This document shows positions 12,200 to 25,030 of a DNA stretch of 50,757 nt, piece after piece. Position 1 is the first letter of the stretch. Each line of letters starts with the position of its first letter. Below the pieces are notes generated by a model. The model worked only from the letters and a program-made list of their open reading frames with translations, did no database searches and was not told where the DNA came from. This stretch comes from Girardia tigrina (Eukaryota). The position numbers and the translations under genes are program-made. Location: assembly GCA_001938485.1 (NCBI GenBank), contig MQRK01176686.1:1-50757 (forward strand). Direction: 5' to 3'.

Positions 12200-12830
12200 T
12201 TCCCTAAAGAATTCGATCTTGAAATCAACAAATACTTTTTAAATTTAAAATATTATATCTTAATCATTTCAAGTTGTAAATATTTTTTTGCAATAAATTG
12301 CATACTCCTTTAGGTTTGTGTTCGGACATGGTGTATCAATACACATGTAACGGTGCAAATGTCACATACATCGGAGAGACTGCCCCTCATCTCGGCAAAC
12401 CAGTCCAATGACACATTCAAAGAGGAAAAAGAGTAATATTTCTGAGAATAAAAATGCGTAACTGTAATATGAGCATAAATGATTTTAAGATTTTGTGCAG
12501 GCATTTTAAAAATGATTGGGAGAGAATGTCATGTGAAGCATTGTTCATAAGATCATGTGATCAAAAATTCCATGTTCAAACAGCCCTCGTTACTAATATG
12601 TTAAGAATTTTCGATTAGACTTACGAAAGCGATTGCATAATCATTCATTTCTTATATAAAAGCAGTAAAAAAGAACATAATCAGTGATCTGATGATGACG
12701 GTTAAACCGTCGAAATATATTATCGAAACATATATATTTTAAATGGCGTTTATTTGTTTTTAAAAAGATTATTGTTTATTATGGATGTGGAAATCTACAA
12801 GAAAACGAGTTTGTATTAATTAGTGGTCAC
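12200..12830 (+). mobile_element. Penelope-like retroelement 3' fragment (GIY-YIG endonuclease plus pseudo-LTR)
   Basis: Degenerate MVYQYTCNGANVTYIGETAPHL ... DFKILC ... CEALFIRS ... HVQ, followed by a hammerhead motif. Confidence 0.8.
12685..12725 (+). ncRNA. Minimal type I hammerhead ribozyme
   Basis: TGAT-CTGATGA-T-GACGG(TTAAA)CCGTC-GAA-ATATAT(palindromic stem III)-T-ATCG. Confidence 0.7.
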
Positions 12831-13164
12831 TACAGAGACATTTTACATTGATTGTTGTCATATATATTTGTTATCTATATGTTTTCATAAATATTATCAG
12901 TTTTCCTGTCACATCTTTCATTCATCTAATTTTAGTATTATTGAAAATTCATGAATTTTTGATAACTGTCAAAATACGTTTTCTAGAGCAATATATAGCA
13001 GTATATTTATAGCATTACATATATATCAGCATTTTATCTTTATAAATAATTTTAAATTTTAATTCATCTATAATATTGGATTTTATATAAATAGTTTGGC
13101 TAATTATCCAATTTAGTGCAAATATTCGTTAAATAATTATATACTTGAAAAAGATCGATCATAC

Positions 13165-13470
13165 ATTACGGGTGCGCTGAAATTTCATCTTTGAAAGTTT
13201 CTACTTTAATTTTTAAATCGTAATTATTGTAATTAATTATTTCGAATTCTGTGTTGATTTAAAAGTCGATCAATTTCATCGGTTAACCGGCGTCTTTCGG
13301 CGAAGGCACTGCACGAAGAGAACCGTCTCGATGCGGGCTATCTAGATTGACCACATCTTTAGGTGGATTCACTCTGGTTTCCTCGAAATTTCACATTTTG
13401 ATCATAGCGTAACCGGCAAACTAACACACACACTTTTTTGACAAATATAATATGTTTAGTTCAATATTTA
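13165..13470 (-). mobile_element. Non-autonomous Helitron family A copy (3' end eroded)
   Basis: Clear similarity to 23682-24062 and 30381-30720 (TCTTTGAAAGTTTCT..., GTCTTTCGGCGAA..., CCGTCTCGATG core). Confidence 0.7.
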
Positions 13471-14004
13471 AGCAAGTGTGATGAATCATCCGGGGATGGA
13501 AAGTTCTAGAAATATTTTACGCTTTCTACCGGATAAAGTCAACAATGTAATTGCATGTGCGCCAATGCAATTTACGTTTGTACAAGTACAGTCGAAGGAG
13601 GCTGATGCTCTACAGTTAAAACTGAAATTTAACTGATAATATGAGCCAATAATTCATCTGGAGAAAATAATAACTGATATATAATTTATAACACTGTAAG
13701 ATCGATTTACTCCAAACAATAAACCTCCAAATTCGCACAATTGCATTCAAATGGAAATATAAATAAATTAACAGAGAAAATTAAAAAAACTGAATAATTA
13801 ACAAAAACGACTAATGTGAATCAAGCTGTAGACTTACCAATTCGATCGACATTTTATCAATAATAAATATATTTTATTGAATATTATGATGAATTATGTT
13901 TATTAATTGTTTGACGTTTATGACTAGCAATTAAATATTAATAGCTGCTTTACTTTTATTATAATCTTCATCTGCTGTTCTTTTCATATTTAACTTACTT
14001 TATA

Positions 14005-14290
14005 TGTATCCATGGAATTTAGAAACCTATTTTTGAAGGCTTTTTAATCAATCAGTTTTCACCAAAATTTGCACACTTACTCATTTTCGATGACAATAAC
14101 TGATGTTTTGAAAATGTGATCCCAAAAACTTTATAAGATCTCAAAATTTGAACAAAACGGTCCCATGAAGTTTCTGAACAATATTAGTATAAAAAGATCT
14201 ACTTATAAAGTATAAGTAGTTTATATTACGCAAAAAAATAAATTGAAAAATAAATAAAGTCCAGCAAACCTATATTAAGTTTAACTAGTA
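14005..14290 (+). repeat. Interspersed repeat family B (Helitron-like); other copies at ~28380-28700 (-) and ~43555-43908 (+)
   Basis: Shared TTTAGAAACCTATTTTTGAAGGC...TTTGCACACTTACTCAT..TCGATGACAATAA; copies end near ACTAG; two copies abut (TA)n. Confidence 0.6.
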
Positions 14291-14415
14291 AATCAAAAAA
14301 ATATTTTTAGTCGTCTAAATCAAAACAGTTAAAACAAGATGCACGAATTTATTTTTAAATAAAACTTTCCTTCCACGTTCCACTGATTAAAACAAATGGA
14401 TATTTATTTTCCTCG

Positions 14416-16551
14416 AATTGAACCTCCCCTTGCCATCAAGGCACACACGAACATGCTATCCATGCACTGGAGGGTCCCTTTGGCCTTCGGTCGCTGTAAT
14501 CCGGAGCATACAAAATCATCGAACCGTTTTAACCGCAAGATCGTCCGATGTGGCCTCTGCTCCTCGTCTCTGCTTCTCAAAATTTGACTGGTCTCCGGAT
14601 CACCTTCCTGCTTGTCCTTCGGCCATTCATCGTCGTCTTCGGAACTATCACTCTAGACTGGTGTTTTCGAGCTCCGATGGCTCGCCCTTGTAATCTTTGA
14701 TTTATAATCTACCGGTTTTGAATCTTCTTTGGGAGCAAACCCGAAATGTGACACGTGGAAGGGAACTCCGTCAATCAATACCTGATGAGACGGCCGGAAC
14801 CCATCTACTACCGCTCGTCTCCACTGGGTTGTGCATCTTGAGTTTGCCGATTTCACAAAAACTGCATTTGTTACTTGCAATTCCGCGTTGTTTCCGATTT
14901 CTCGGATTTCGAGGAACCGGTCTTCAAAATTGATCGATAATGGCAGTCGTCTTTGCTGTGCAAAAACTGTTGATGCCAGAATTATACCGCCTGAATTCGG
15001 GGTAGCATTGTACCATGCCACCATGTCATCGATTTTGTTACCGCTCCGCACCGCCATGCGCTTAATGGTCCGGTGACAGCGCTCGTTTTTGCTCCGCCGA
15101 TTTGCACACCGAAAAAGGACCTCGACCCCCATTTTCGTCAATAACTTCCGAATTGCTGTTCCTCTGTTAGTCGCAAAGTTGTTCATTAGAATTTCCTTTG
15201 GAAGCCAAAAGCACGGCACACATTTCCTTGTCGTTTTCTGCTTTGATTTTTCTCCATACCGTAAACCGGCCCGGTTCGCTGTCGATAATCACTAAGAACT
15301 TCCCCTCTGTGGTATACAGCACATCCGTAGCAAGTCTTTGCCACGCTTTCTTTACTCCAAGTTTGCCTTTTTCCCATTTCATTGGGACAGGATCTATCGA
15401 CGCGCACCGAGAGCATCCTTTTACTACTGTCTGGATTTGATTTTCCGTCTCTTTACCTCATGCACTACTGTTTCTTCGCGAGAAACTTCATTCGTTTCAC
15501 TCCGAAATGGTGAATTTCGTGAAGCTTTTTTAGGATGTCCGTCGATTCTTACTCCCCCTCGATCGCTATTGCTATAATTGACATCGGCTCTTTTACCACT
15601 GTCAACCAGTCACTTGGTACTCGAATAAGACGATCTGCCTTGTTCTCTGCTGAACCGATTATTTTAAACTTTACTTGCAATTCACCTCTTCTATGGTCTT
15701 CTTGGTGGTGCTGATACGTCTTTTCACAAGTAGCTCGCTTATTCCATGAGATATAATCAGCCCGTCTCTTCTCATTGCGTTCGTCATCCATCTGAACACT
15801 GAAGAGGAGTCGGTCATCAGATCGAAATCGTTCAAGCCCCATGCAACTGCAGATTTGATTGCTTCGTTCTCCGCTTCCAGTTCTGCCAAGTTGATATGGG
15901 CTGCATCGTTTTCCTATCCAACCACGAAGCGTCTTCCACCACTTCTCCCCCTATCTCTACAGAGATACCGGTTGCAATAGAGCTCGCGTCGCACCACACT
16001 TTGCCTTGTCTGCAGTCCGGAACGTCCCATTTGTCAGTGACTGGGTCTTCGCTCTCAAGGCGTTTTTTTTAATTTCTCTATGAGGCCAGCACACGTGAAC
16101 CCACAGCGTCATCTCATTCACCGCCACTCGCCATCCTCTTAAGAAAGCTGCATGCAGGCCTCAACCAGCTGCAGACTGGGAAATGTCCGGTCAGCTATCT
16201 GACCCATGAGAAGAGCTTCCTCCGCATCAACTGATCGGACAAACCCGGAACCTTGATATCTCGGGTCCATCGCAACTCACCGTTGGTCTCGCGTACTGCG
16301 AGCCCTAACACTCTTCCTCCTTTGATCTTCACTGGCGGTTTTGTTTCGAGGTCGAAACTATTGAAGACTGCCATGACATGCTCTGCTGGCACATTTCTGG
16401 TGTCAACAATTATGTCGTCGTCATAAAAGTCTGTGGCCTCTGCAACACTCTTATTTGAATATAAAATGTGGCTCATGAGGCACCTCATGATTTTCGGTGC
16501 CATATTTAAGCCAAAATACCATATCATCAAGAGTAACTTTCGTTTCGCCAT
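14416..16551 (-). mobile_element. Gypsy-like pol pseudogene (RT, RNase H, integrase), same lineage as 840-6170
   Basis: FGLNMAPKIM, ATDFYDDDIIVD, GGRVLGL, HFPVCSWLRPACSFLKR, KVWCDASSIATG, HINLAELEA, NKADRL, WQRLATDV, ERCHRTIKR..WYNATP; purine tract GGGGAGG at 14423-14429. Confidence 0.9.
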
Positions 16552-17640
16552 TCGAATCTGTTCCTAATATTCAAAACATAAAGCAAAATATTCGGCGTAA
16601 AAGAAATCAAAAGTTTCGTCCTTGTGCTGCACCAACATCTCTAATAACTCTTGAAATTCCAGAAGAATATAAATTTACATCATCATGGGAGAAATTTTTG
16701 TTCTATGACAGTGGGCTTATGGATGAGCGAATATAAATTTTTACTACTTCGGAGAATTTAAATTTGCTGAAATACTGTCGTTAGTGGTTTTCAGATGGAA
16801 CTTTCAAGATAGCTCCGCCACTTTTTGAGCAGTTATATACAATACAGGGTATCAAATTTAATAATATTATACCTTTGCTGTTCATGTTATGGCCGAATAA
16901 ACGTCATTCAACTTATATTACGATATTTCGGGTGAAAAAAAAATTAGAACCTTTACTCAATCCATTAACCCTGATGACTGATTTCAAAACCGCACTAGTA
17001 ATGCTTTCAAAGATGTTTTTTCTACTGCATCTAACAAAGGATGTTTTTTTTTGCTCTTTGTTCAATGTCTATCGAGAAAACTTCAGTGCAGCAATGAAAT
17101 TATGCAATGGAATATTGGCACAACAAATGTTGACTTTTCACTTAATCTTCGTCAACTGTTAGCTCTACCATTTGTTCGATTGTATGATGTCATCGATTGC
17201 TATGATATTTTTATCAATACAAGATTTTTCAAAGAGAATGAATTACTTTTGCAACCTCTCCTCGATTATTTGGAGACAATTGGATATGACGACTGAACCG
17301 AAATGGTACGAGATGACTTGCAAGATATCTCATTGAGCTGTAGAATGTGTACGATGCTATGGTGAACGATTTGTCTAAAACCAATAATTCAATTGAAGGA
17401 TGACATCGTGCATTTGGTTCAATAATTAGTTTATATCATCCTTCGCTTTGGAAATTCATCGAGGCGATACAAAAAGACCAAAATATGATTAAATTGAATA
17501 ATTTATATCAGGAGTCAATCAAGAAAAATTTATAAGGACATGGCAGAAAGAATTAAATTCGTTGTTCTACAGTACGATGAAGGAAATAAGGACGAATACC
17601 TAAGGGTTATAGCGTAAAATTTCCATCTTCAAGCGTCTTA
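16552..17640 (+). mobile_element. MULE (Mutator) transposase pseudogene
   Basis: FLFYDSG, WFSDGTFKIAPPLFEQLYTI, LMTDF, GCFF..VQC, LLALPFV, KTNNSIEG*HRAF, with stops and frameshifts. Confidence 0.88.
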
Positions 17641-18149
17641 ATTGTGTTATAATAAAACTTTATAATACTATTATGTCTTTTGTTAAAAACGTTTTAAGAT
17701 ATATAGGATATATTTAAGTTATATAGGGCCGATATAAAACTGTTGATATGAATAATGCTGACAAGACAATGCTGCTTTTATATCATTTTGAAAATTCATT
17801 TTCCAGAATTATCCATTTTTTAAAAATTATTGACTGATTCTTATGATTTCAACTTTGGCCTCTTATTCTTAAATGCATTAAATTAATAGAATAATAATAA
17901 TACAGGGTTTCCAACTTAATTTAAGACTGTACGCAAATAATTTAAGCAAATGCGTAAATAATTTTAGCCAAGCCATTGTTTTTACCCTTGCATTTTCAAA
18001 TTAAAAAAATCAGTCGAATACATAAATTATATATTTTACATTATTTCATTTTAAACATTTGTCTTTTTCAAAAATTTTATTATAACAAAAAAATAAATAA
18101 AAAGAGCAGAAATTTAGGCATACAAAAACATTTATAACATTTTACTAAG

Positions 18150-18900
18150 TCTTCTCTACGAATTCCTTTTACACCAAATTCTCGCATATACTAGAAGTAA
18201 TTTTTACATCACTTTCAATTATAAAATCAGTACTACGATTTATCGCCACAAAATGTTCTTCTCTATTTGTGTGATTTGAATTTTAAAATGAATTTTTCAT
18301 TGTCGAGAAAACTTCTTCAATGTGGTACAGTTGTGGACTATAGGATGGCAAATATAAAACATCATGGCCACAAATGTTTATAAAATAAATTATTTCTGTT
18401 CCTTTGTGTAAACTACATTTATCCACTATAAGTTTCAATCCATTCATGTTATTTTCACGCATCACTGACATTAATTCATGCAAACATAGTATAAATCTAT
18501 CTCGATCATTTGATAGATCATCAAATGCACTATTTCTGTTTAAGTTATTGTTGCCATAACAGAGAAATCTTTAGATCTTATCGTCGTTACATTTTTTCAT
18601 CATGTTGATCCACGAACACTGCAGCCACATTTTTGTCGCGTGCGACAACCAATACCAAACTCATCCAAAAACAATATTTTTTCATCTTCCCATGTCAAAA
18701 ATTCGGTGCAATATTCGAATCTTTTTTCAATATTGTTCTCATTATGGCGACGTATTGGTACTGACTCAATTTTTTTGAATGCGTAATTTAAATTTTGTAG
18801 ACATCGGTCAATCGAAGACGTCGATACATTTACATCGGATCATTTTGCTTCCAAATTTTTTAATGAATATTTAAAAATATTGTCTTGGCTTAAATTAAGT
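18150..18900 (-). mobile_element. IS630/Tc1-like (DD..E) transposase relic
   Basis: IVFLDEFG, LIVDKCSLHK and LYLPSYSPQLYHIEEVFS motifs; degenerate. Confidence 0.7.
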
Positions 18901-19165
18901 AGGAATCCTGTTATAATAAAAGTAATATTATAAATAATCTATCATAATATATAATTATATATATATTATAAAAAGCGTTCTTAAAAAATGTATTTTTTAT
19001 TAATTTTACACCTTCCTCGAAGTTACAAGAACCCTAATCGCATTATATTTCTCGATTTGGTTACTTTGTAAATTATAAAAAGAATTTATAAAGAAAGTCG
19101 TTTCATTCAAATAAGTAACTTATTTGTATCATCCTTAAAATATTTTACTCAGTTTTTTAAAGACT

Positions 19166-21329
19166 TCATAAAATATCTTTAAAACAAAGAATATCAAATT
19201 CGTTTCGTATAATCTCTTCTCCGAAATATGGAAATCTTCCAAAAGATTCTCCTTGTAATAATTTACCCACAGCAATTTCATTACCGATGAAACTACGAAC
19301 AATGAAAACCGGCTTCTTCCCGCCGTATCTACCAGCAATCAAAAACTTCCTCGTTCTTGGCAGCTCTCCTTTTTCACAATTAATCCATTGAAAACTGAAA
19401 TTATGATCCATAATTAGAGAAATAAAAATCGGAATAAAATTTTTTCAGTAAATTTAACAGACTTAATATAATTATAAATTACAATTTTATTTAATTTCAG
19501 ACATCGAATGATTAAGTGATCCCTAATATGTTTAGCCGATGAACCCTGTGTAACATTTAGATATCTACCAGTCAGAACAATAACTATCCCATGTCCAGCT
19601 TCAATCTTAAAAATGTAATTAACTATCATTTTACATGGTCCTTCATACAATGATATACAGATTTAGATAAATATAATGGATTAAATCTCTAGATAACATA
19701 AGCCTAGTGGAGATGGAATCGAGTTCTAATAATGTTGAAGGCCATTAAGTGTAGCAGGTATAGAATATTATTAAGATGGAGGTACATATTAATTAATTCC
19801 TAGGTTGCAATACACTTTTGACGGAAACGTTACTAAAAAAATAATCAGATGAAGTCTTTGATATTTGAAAATAACTAAGAGACAGATGAACTTCGCCCAA
19901 TTACTGCTGGTCTAAATAGTTTTAAATTTTTAAGAATTACTTTCTAATTTTTTTGTCCTTATCCAAAAGATATTTTTGCATGAATCTTTCGAAGACTTTA
20001 GAATAAATTTCACAATCAGAAATTCAATTTGGTCATTATCACATAATAAAATTAAAAAGATTATTGTTATCAAAAATCTAAGTTTTCAAAAAAATAAAAA
20101 TAAAGATATAAAACATGACTGAGGGGTTTTTATTCATATTAAAAATTTGTGGTTATCAATAATTATTAAATAATTAAATTAAAAAAAATATTGAAAATAA
20201 GTTAAAATATAAAAAAATCTAATTAAATATGTTGCAGTAATCGCGTGGGAAGAATACATGAATGAGGATTGTGAGGAATATTTTGAATTGTTCGTTGTTT
20301 TATATTGTGCATGTTGTATGTTGATTCGAATTGTGTCTCTCCTACCCAGGTGGATGATTGGTATTTACTTTGATTCCCACTAATTTAAAAAATAATTTAA
20401 TTTAATTTTAAAGTAAAGAGATTTAAAATATTTTTCAAATATAATTGTTAGAAGACAAAAGATCTGCATTAAAATATATTTAAATAAACTAAATCGCAAA
20501 CACACATACATCAGTTATATACAGAATAAATGGAGAGTCAAAGGTTAACTCTACTCTCGACCCCGTAATAGTTATATAATACAAATTTAGAATTATTCTA
20601 AATTTGTTGATTGCATAATATTTTATTTAATTAATTTAAATTTAATTCTATAATATCTCACAATAATATTTAAATTTTCGAACGTAATATTTAGTTTTTA
20701 ATGTAATTTAAAATTTTAAAACATTAATTTATTTAGTACTTTTTTAAAAATGTTTAGAATTAATTTTAACCAATTGGAATCTTTATAATTAATTAATATT
20801 AATAAATATTTTTCATTTATTTTAAAATTTATGATGAATTTTAGTAATATATTAATCAAAAAAAATGTCGAATAATCAAAGTGGTTTGAATAATTATTGT
20901 CATGAAAACTCTGGTTGTGATATTAATAAATGTTTAAAAAATCATATTGATGTTGTTAATAAGGATGAAATAAGTGTTGATTCACTCCTATTTTATATGA
21001 ATATCTTTCAATTAAAAATTCATATTTCTTAACATTTAACAATATTTATTAATTTCAAAGTAAAACATCTCAACTTACGATTTTCCTAAACTTTTTATTG
21101 CCGTAAAACACAGAATTTCAAAACGGGAAAAAATTTCTTCTCTTCCTTTTAATGGAACAAATGCTGCTTGATTATCAGGAAATACTTTGCCAATCGTGTG
21201 TTCGTTGTTAATAAACACTCTGGCAATGTATACATCTTTTCCTGCTTCGAAAGCGGTATAAGGTAATTTAGGGCCATTGCATGGTACCCATGAAAATACG
21301 CATTGGTAACCCGATTTGTATAAACTCAT
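19166..21329 (-). CDS. Tandem DM9-repeat protein (DUF3421, lectin/natterin-type), ~159 aa; exons 21329-21079 and 19394-19166
   Basis: Two DM9 units (WVPCNGPKLPYTAFEAG..VYIARV..GKV..E..FEILC and WINCEKGELP..AG..VFIVRS..VGK..PY.GEE..FDILC) joined in frame by a GTAAGT donor (21078) and a TTTCAG acceptor (19395) with a CTAAT branch-like site. Confidence 0.85.
20268..20365. repeat. Short interspersed repeat (possible LTR fragment); also at ~39945-40022 and split around 9670-10737
   Basis: Shared TGTGAGGAATATTTT; CTCTCCTA..CAG.TGGATGATT shared with the 39945 copy. Confidence 0.5.
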
Positions 21330-21417
21330 TAATACACAGTAAGTGATAATATTCTGCAAAATTAATTTATTATGTAAAGTGTTAAATTATTTGAATAAAT
21401 TTATAAGAATACACATA

Positions 21418-21536
21418 AGGGGTGGCCATAAGTCGCTTTACCCAGTTTTATTATCTAAAATGCTAGATATAGATATTCACTAAATAGATAGTTTATTATT
21501 ATTAAAACTGGGTAAAGCGACTTCGGGCCACCCCTG
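21418..21536. mobile_element. Tc1/mariner-type MITE (~120 bp) just upstream of the DM9 gene
   Basis: Long TIRs AGGGGTGGCC.. AAGTCGCTTTACCCAGTTTTA / TAAAACTGGGTAAAGCGACTT..GGCCACCCCTG, TA-flanked. Confidence 0.85.
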
Positions 21537-21828
21537 TATGTACAAAATAATGCAAATGATTATTTTCATTTGTAATTATCTCTAAAAGTTTCTTGAAGAG
21601 AGGATTCAATCTCTTAAAGCTGAGAATAATTTTGACAATTAATATAAAATTAATTCTTTTCAACAAATTTCCCACCAATTTTTTTAATACTAAACTTCAA
21701 TTAATTAATTATATTAGTTATATTCAATTAATTATAATCATGACAATCATAATAACGTCACTTGATACACTTCAATGTCATTTACCTTTAACTTTACATT
21801 GATTTTACTGTCGCTTTTTACCAAAAGT

Positions 21829-22530
21829 ATGCGCTTAAAAGAATTAGACAAAATTATTGCAGATAAGATGTCGACGGTGGCTTCATACCAACAACATGGA
21901 ATTTTACCAAATGATAAAAGGTGTCATAACGGTCATGTCAAGGTCCTCAAATTAAGGTATTCAAGAGATCTGTGGAGATGTAGTGTCAGAGCTTGCCGTG
22001 AAGATATCCAGCTTAATAATAATAATAATATTTCCTTTAAATATAGTCTTCTTTTTATTTATTTCTGGTCACACGAAATGACTTTCATCGAATTTTGTGA
22101 ATGAGAGTTACAAATCAGCCATCAGACAGTAGTCAATTGAAATAATCACTTCAGAAAGGTGTACACTTGGATATTATTGCAAAATCCACCACGCACAGGA
22201 AGAACTGGTTTGACAGTCGAAATTGATGAAAATCAATTTTCAAAACGAAAGAATAACGTTGGCAGTGTTTCTAACGTCAGTGGGTGTTTGGAGGAATTTG
22301 TATGGAAACCAGTGAACGCGGTCCGAGATCGATCTACATTAACCGTTAGTAAGGTCATTCAATAATCTATTATTCATAGTAGTACTATTTGTTCCGACTT
22401 ATGGAATTCAAGCTCTTGGCTATAATCATATTACGGAAAATCATTGCAGAAACTTTACTGGTTTTGTAAGTGGTGCACACACTCAAACAGTTGAATCAAT
22501 GTGGTCAAAAGCAAAGGTAAGGAACAATTT
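21829..22530 (+). mobile_element. Merlin (IS1016/ISXO2-like) transposase pseudogene
   Basis: Cys-rich N-terminus (KRCHNGH..WRCSVRAC), GLTVEIDENQFSKRKNNVG, QWVFGGIC, ICSDLW, GAHTQTVESMWSKAK. Confidence 0.88.
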
Positions 22531-23681
22531 TTTAACAATCCTTCGTCTCACAGCTGGCTTCTGACCACCCTCGTAATTGGAACTGGTAACTGCTAACCAA
22601 GTTGGTGCCACAAGCCCATTTGGGTATCTCTAGTTTTTAATTTTTATTAAGTTGTTGACGTTAGAATTTTTGTTATAATTGAACCTCCCCCAATCGTAAA
22701 GAATGTTTTTTTATTGATTTTTTGCTTCTATTGTCGAATAAACTCACTTTTAATTGGTTTTAATACAAATCTATAGATAGATGTTAAAATATTTCAAAAA
22801 TTAATCTGGTTACTTACCAGACTAATATTTTAGCATTTGAATTTTATTATGTTTATAATTATTCTTAATTTATGTAGGTAAAATTTAGAATTTAAAAAAT
22901 AGGAGAGCAAATTGTAGAAGAGCCTGGTATGTATTCCCAAAAGAAACACCTCTACATGAACAAATGACTTATAATTATCAAATTCCTAAATCTATCAAAT
23001 TCCGATCGTAAAACTAACATCTCCAAAAAATGTTTACGAATAAGAAATAATTTTAAAGAAATTTAAACATAAATCAAGGAAAATTGTCAAATGATTCTGA
23101 AAACTGTTACAAATTTTAAAAAGTAATTAAAACTTCGGAATCTGAACTGTGAATTAATAATTACCTGAAACTGTTCTTATCGAGCATAATTGAAATATAT
23201 TTATAAATCCAAATAAATTTTATATCGATTAAAATGTAAAGTAAAAATTGAATGTTATATTATCTTTTATATATATAGGGGATGAAGTTAAGACGATGCG
23301 TTTCGAGAAAACAATCCTGTTATCAGGTCAATTCACACCATGTACTAAACTAGCACACTACATGGAAACGTACCAAAATATATAATATATTTGTCTAAAA
23401 TGTTGGTTTTGTCATTCATGCTGTAATCAAAATGCCAAATTGCGGAGTAACTGGGGGGAATCTATTTAAGTAAATGGTCAAACTGGATTGCCCGCATCGA
23501 GAGGGTTTTGTCTGTTCAGCGCCTCCGAAAAACGCCGATGAGTAGACAAAATCGACCGAAAACCGAGCAGGTCGATCGATTGTTAAATCAACACCGATTT
23601 GGATGATTCCCACTAGGAATTTTGTGAAAAAAATTTATGGAAATACTAATAACATATTAATTCAATTGATAAATGACAATT

Positions 23682-24062
23682 TCTATCACTTATTTACTAA
23701 TTATAGTTCTAAAAATCAATTTAGTATACATTTGTGAAATTCCGTTATCATTTCAATCTCGTTTGTCTGTCAAGCTCAAATTTTACTATCATAATATATA
23801 TGCTGACAAAATGCGAAATGGCGGAGGAATCGGAGTGAACCCGCGCAAGGACATATTCAATCTGCGAATTCCGCATCGAGACAGTTCTGTCGGTGCAACG
23901 CGTTCGCCGAAAGACTCAGGGTAACCGACTAAATTGACCGACTGTTAAATCAACACCGAATTCGTAATGATAAATTATTATAATTACGATTTAAAAATTG
24001 AAACAGAAACTTTCAAAGACAAAATTTAGTTCTCCCGTCATATATGACGGGTCTTTTTCTAG
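23682..24062 (+). mobile_element. Non-autonomous Helitron family A (near complete); partial tandem copy at ~23380-23615
   Basis: 3' palindrome CCCGTCATATATGACGGG (24034-24051), then CTAG (24059-24062) followed by T; TC-start AT-rich 5' end (approximate). Confidence 0.75.
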
Positions 24063-25030
24063 TTAAATAATATTTTACCAATAAATTATTGGATTAAAAT
24101 AAATTTACTTAATTTTTCCTAAAGATTAAGCAAATACATTAAACGTGATCAGTTCCATCAATTGCCATTTGAGAAAACTTTTATATAAAAAATTTTTATA
24201 TAAAAAACGTTTTATATAAAAAATTTCTCAATTACGCAATGAAATAGGAGGTTTAAAGAAGTTGTTTCGTCAGAAATGGTAGTCAAATGTAGCAGCTACC
24301 AAAGCAAATTACCGGATAGCTCATATTTTAAGTAAAGGAGCAAAAATATTTTCTAATGGCGAGATGATGAAAAAGTGTATGTTAGCTGTTGTGGAAAAAA
24401 ATGCCCAGGACAGAAAATATTATAATCTATCTTGCATGACTGTTACTAGACGTATTAAAGATTTTGGAAACTATCTCTTGCTACAAATTCGAAAAGTAGC
24501 TAAGATTTTTAAATCATTTTTACTTGTAACTGATGAATTGACAAATAGTAGTGACACTGCACAACTTTTACTATTTATTTTTGGTGTTAACAGAACTTTC
24601 AAAATTACTGTTATGCAAAATTTATACGTTACAATCACTGCACGCGATTTGCTTCTAGAAGTGTTTGTCATAATTAAAAGCTTTGGGCCGTCATGAAATA
24701 AATTAGTAAATGTAACAATGTATGTGGCAAAAAGAATGATAGGAAGAAAAAATGGATTGGTAGCTAAAATTCGTCAAAAGGTTCTTGATTGCAACCGATG
24801 GGGCCAAATTGCATTTTGCACCATCAAAAACTGTATGACAAGGTCCTAAAGTTAGATCATATTTTAAAAGTTGTTACGAAAGTTCTGAACTTAATCAGGT
24901 CAAATACATTAAATCACAAAACTTAAAATGAGTTTTGGAGGGAAATCGATTCAGGATATGAAGACTTTGTGTATCACAATTCGTTAAGTGTAAGAAAAGT
25001 GTTTTGTACATCTAATACATGATATTAATA

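Noticed and set aside
19414-19950. ORF 19414-19650 as an extra DM9 exon or gene
   Set aside because: Lies in the DM9 intron and resembles a heavily decayed retroelement remnant; similar faint relics at ~38600-38860, 40100-40900 and 43310-43490 are too degraded to call.
24160-24240. AT-rich foldback with TTTTATATAAAA repeats (also the 27-bp near-palindrome at 20581-20607)
   Set aside because: Low-complexity AT palindromes are expected in this composition; no TSD or functional motif.
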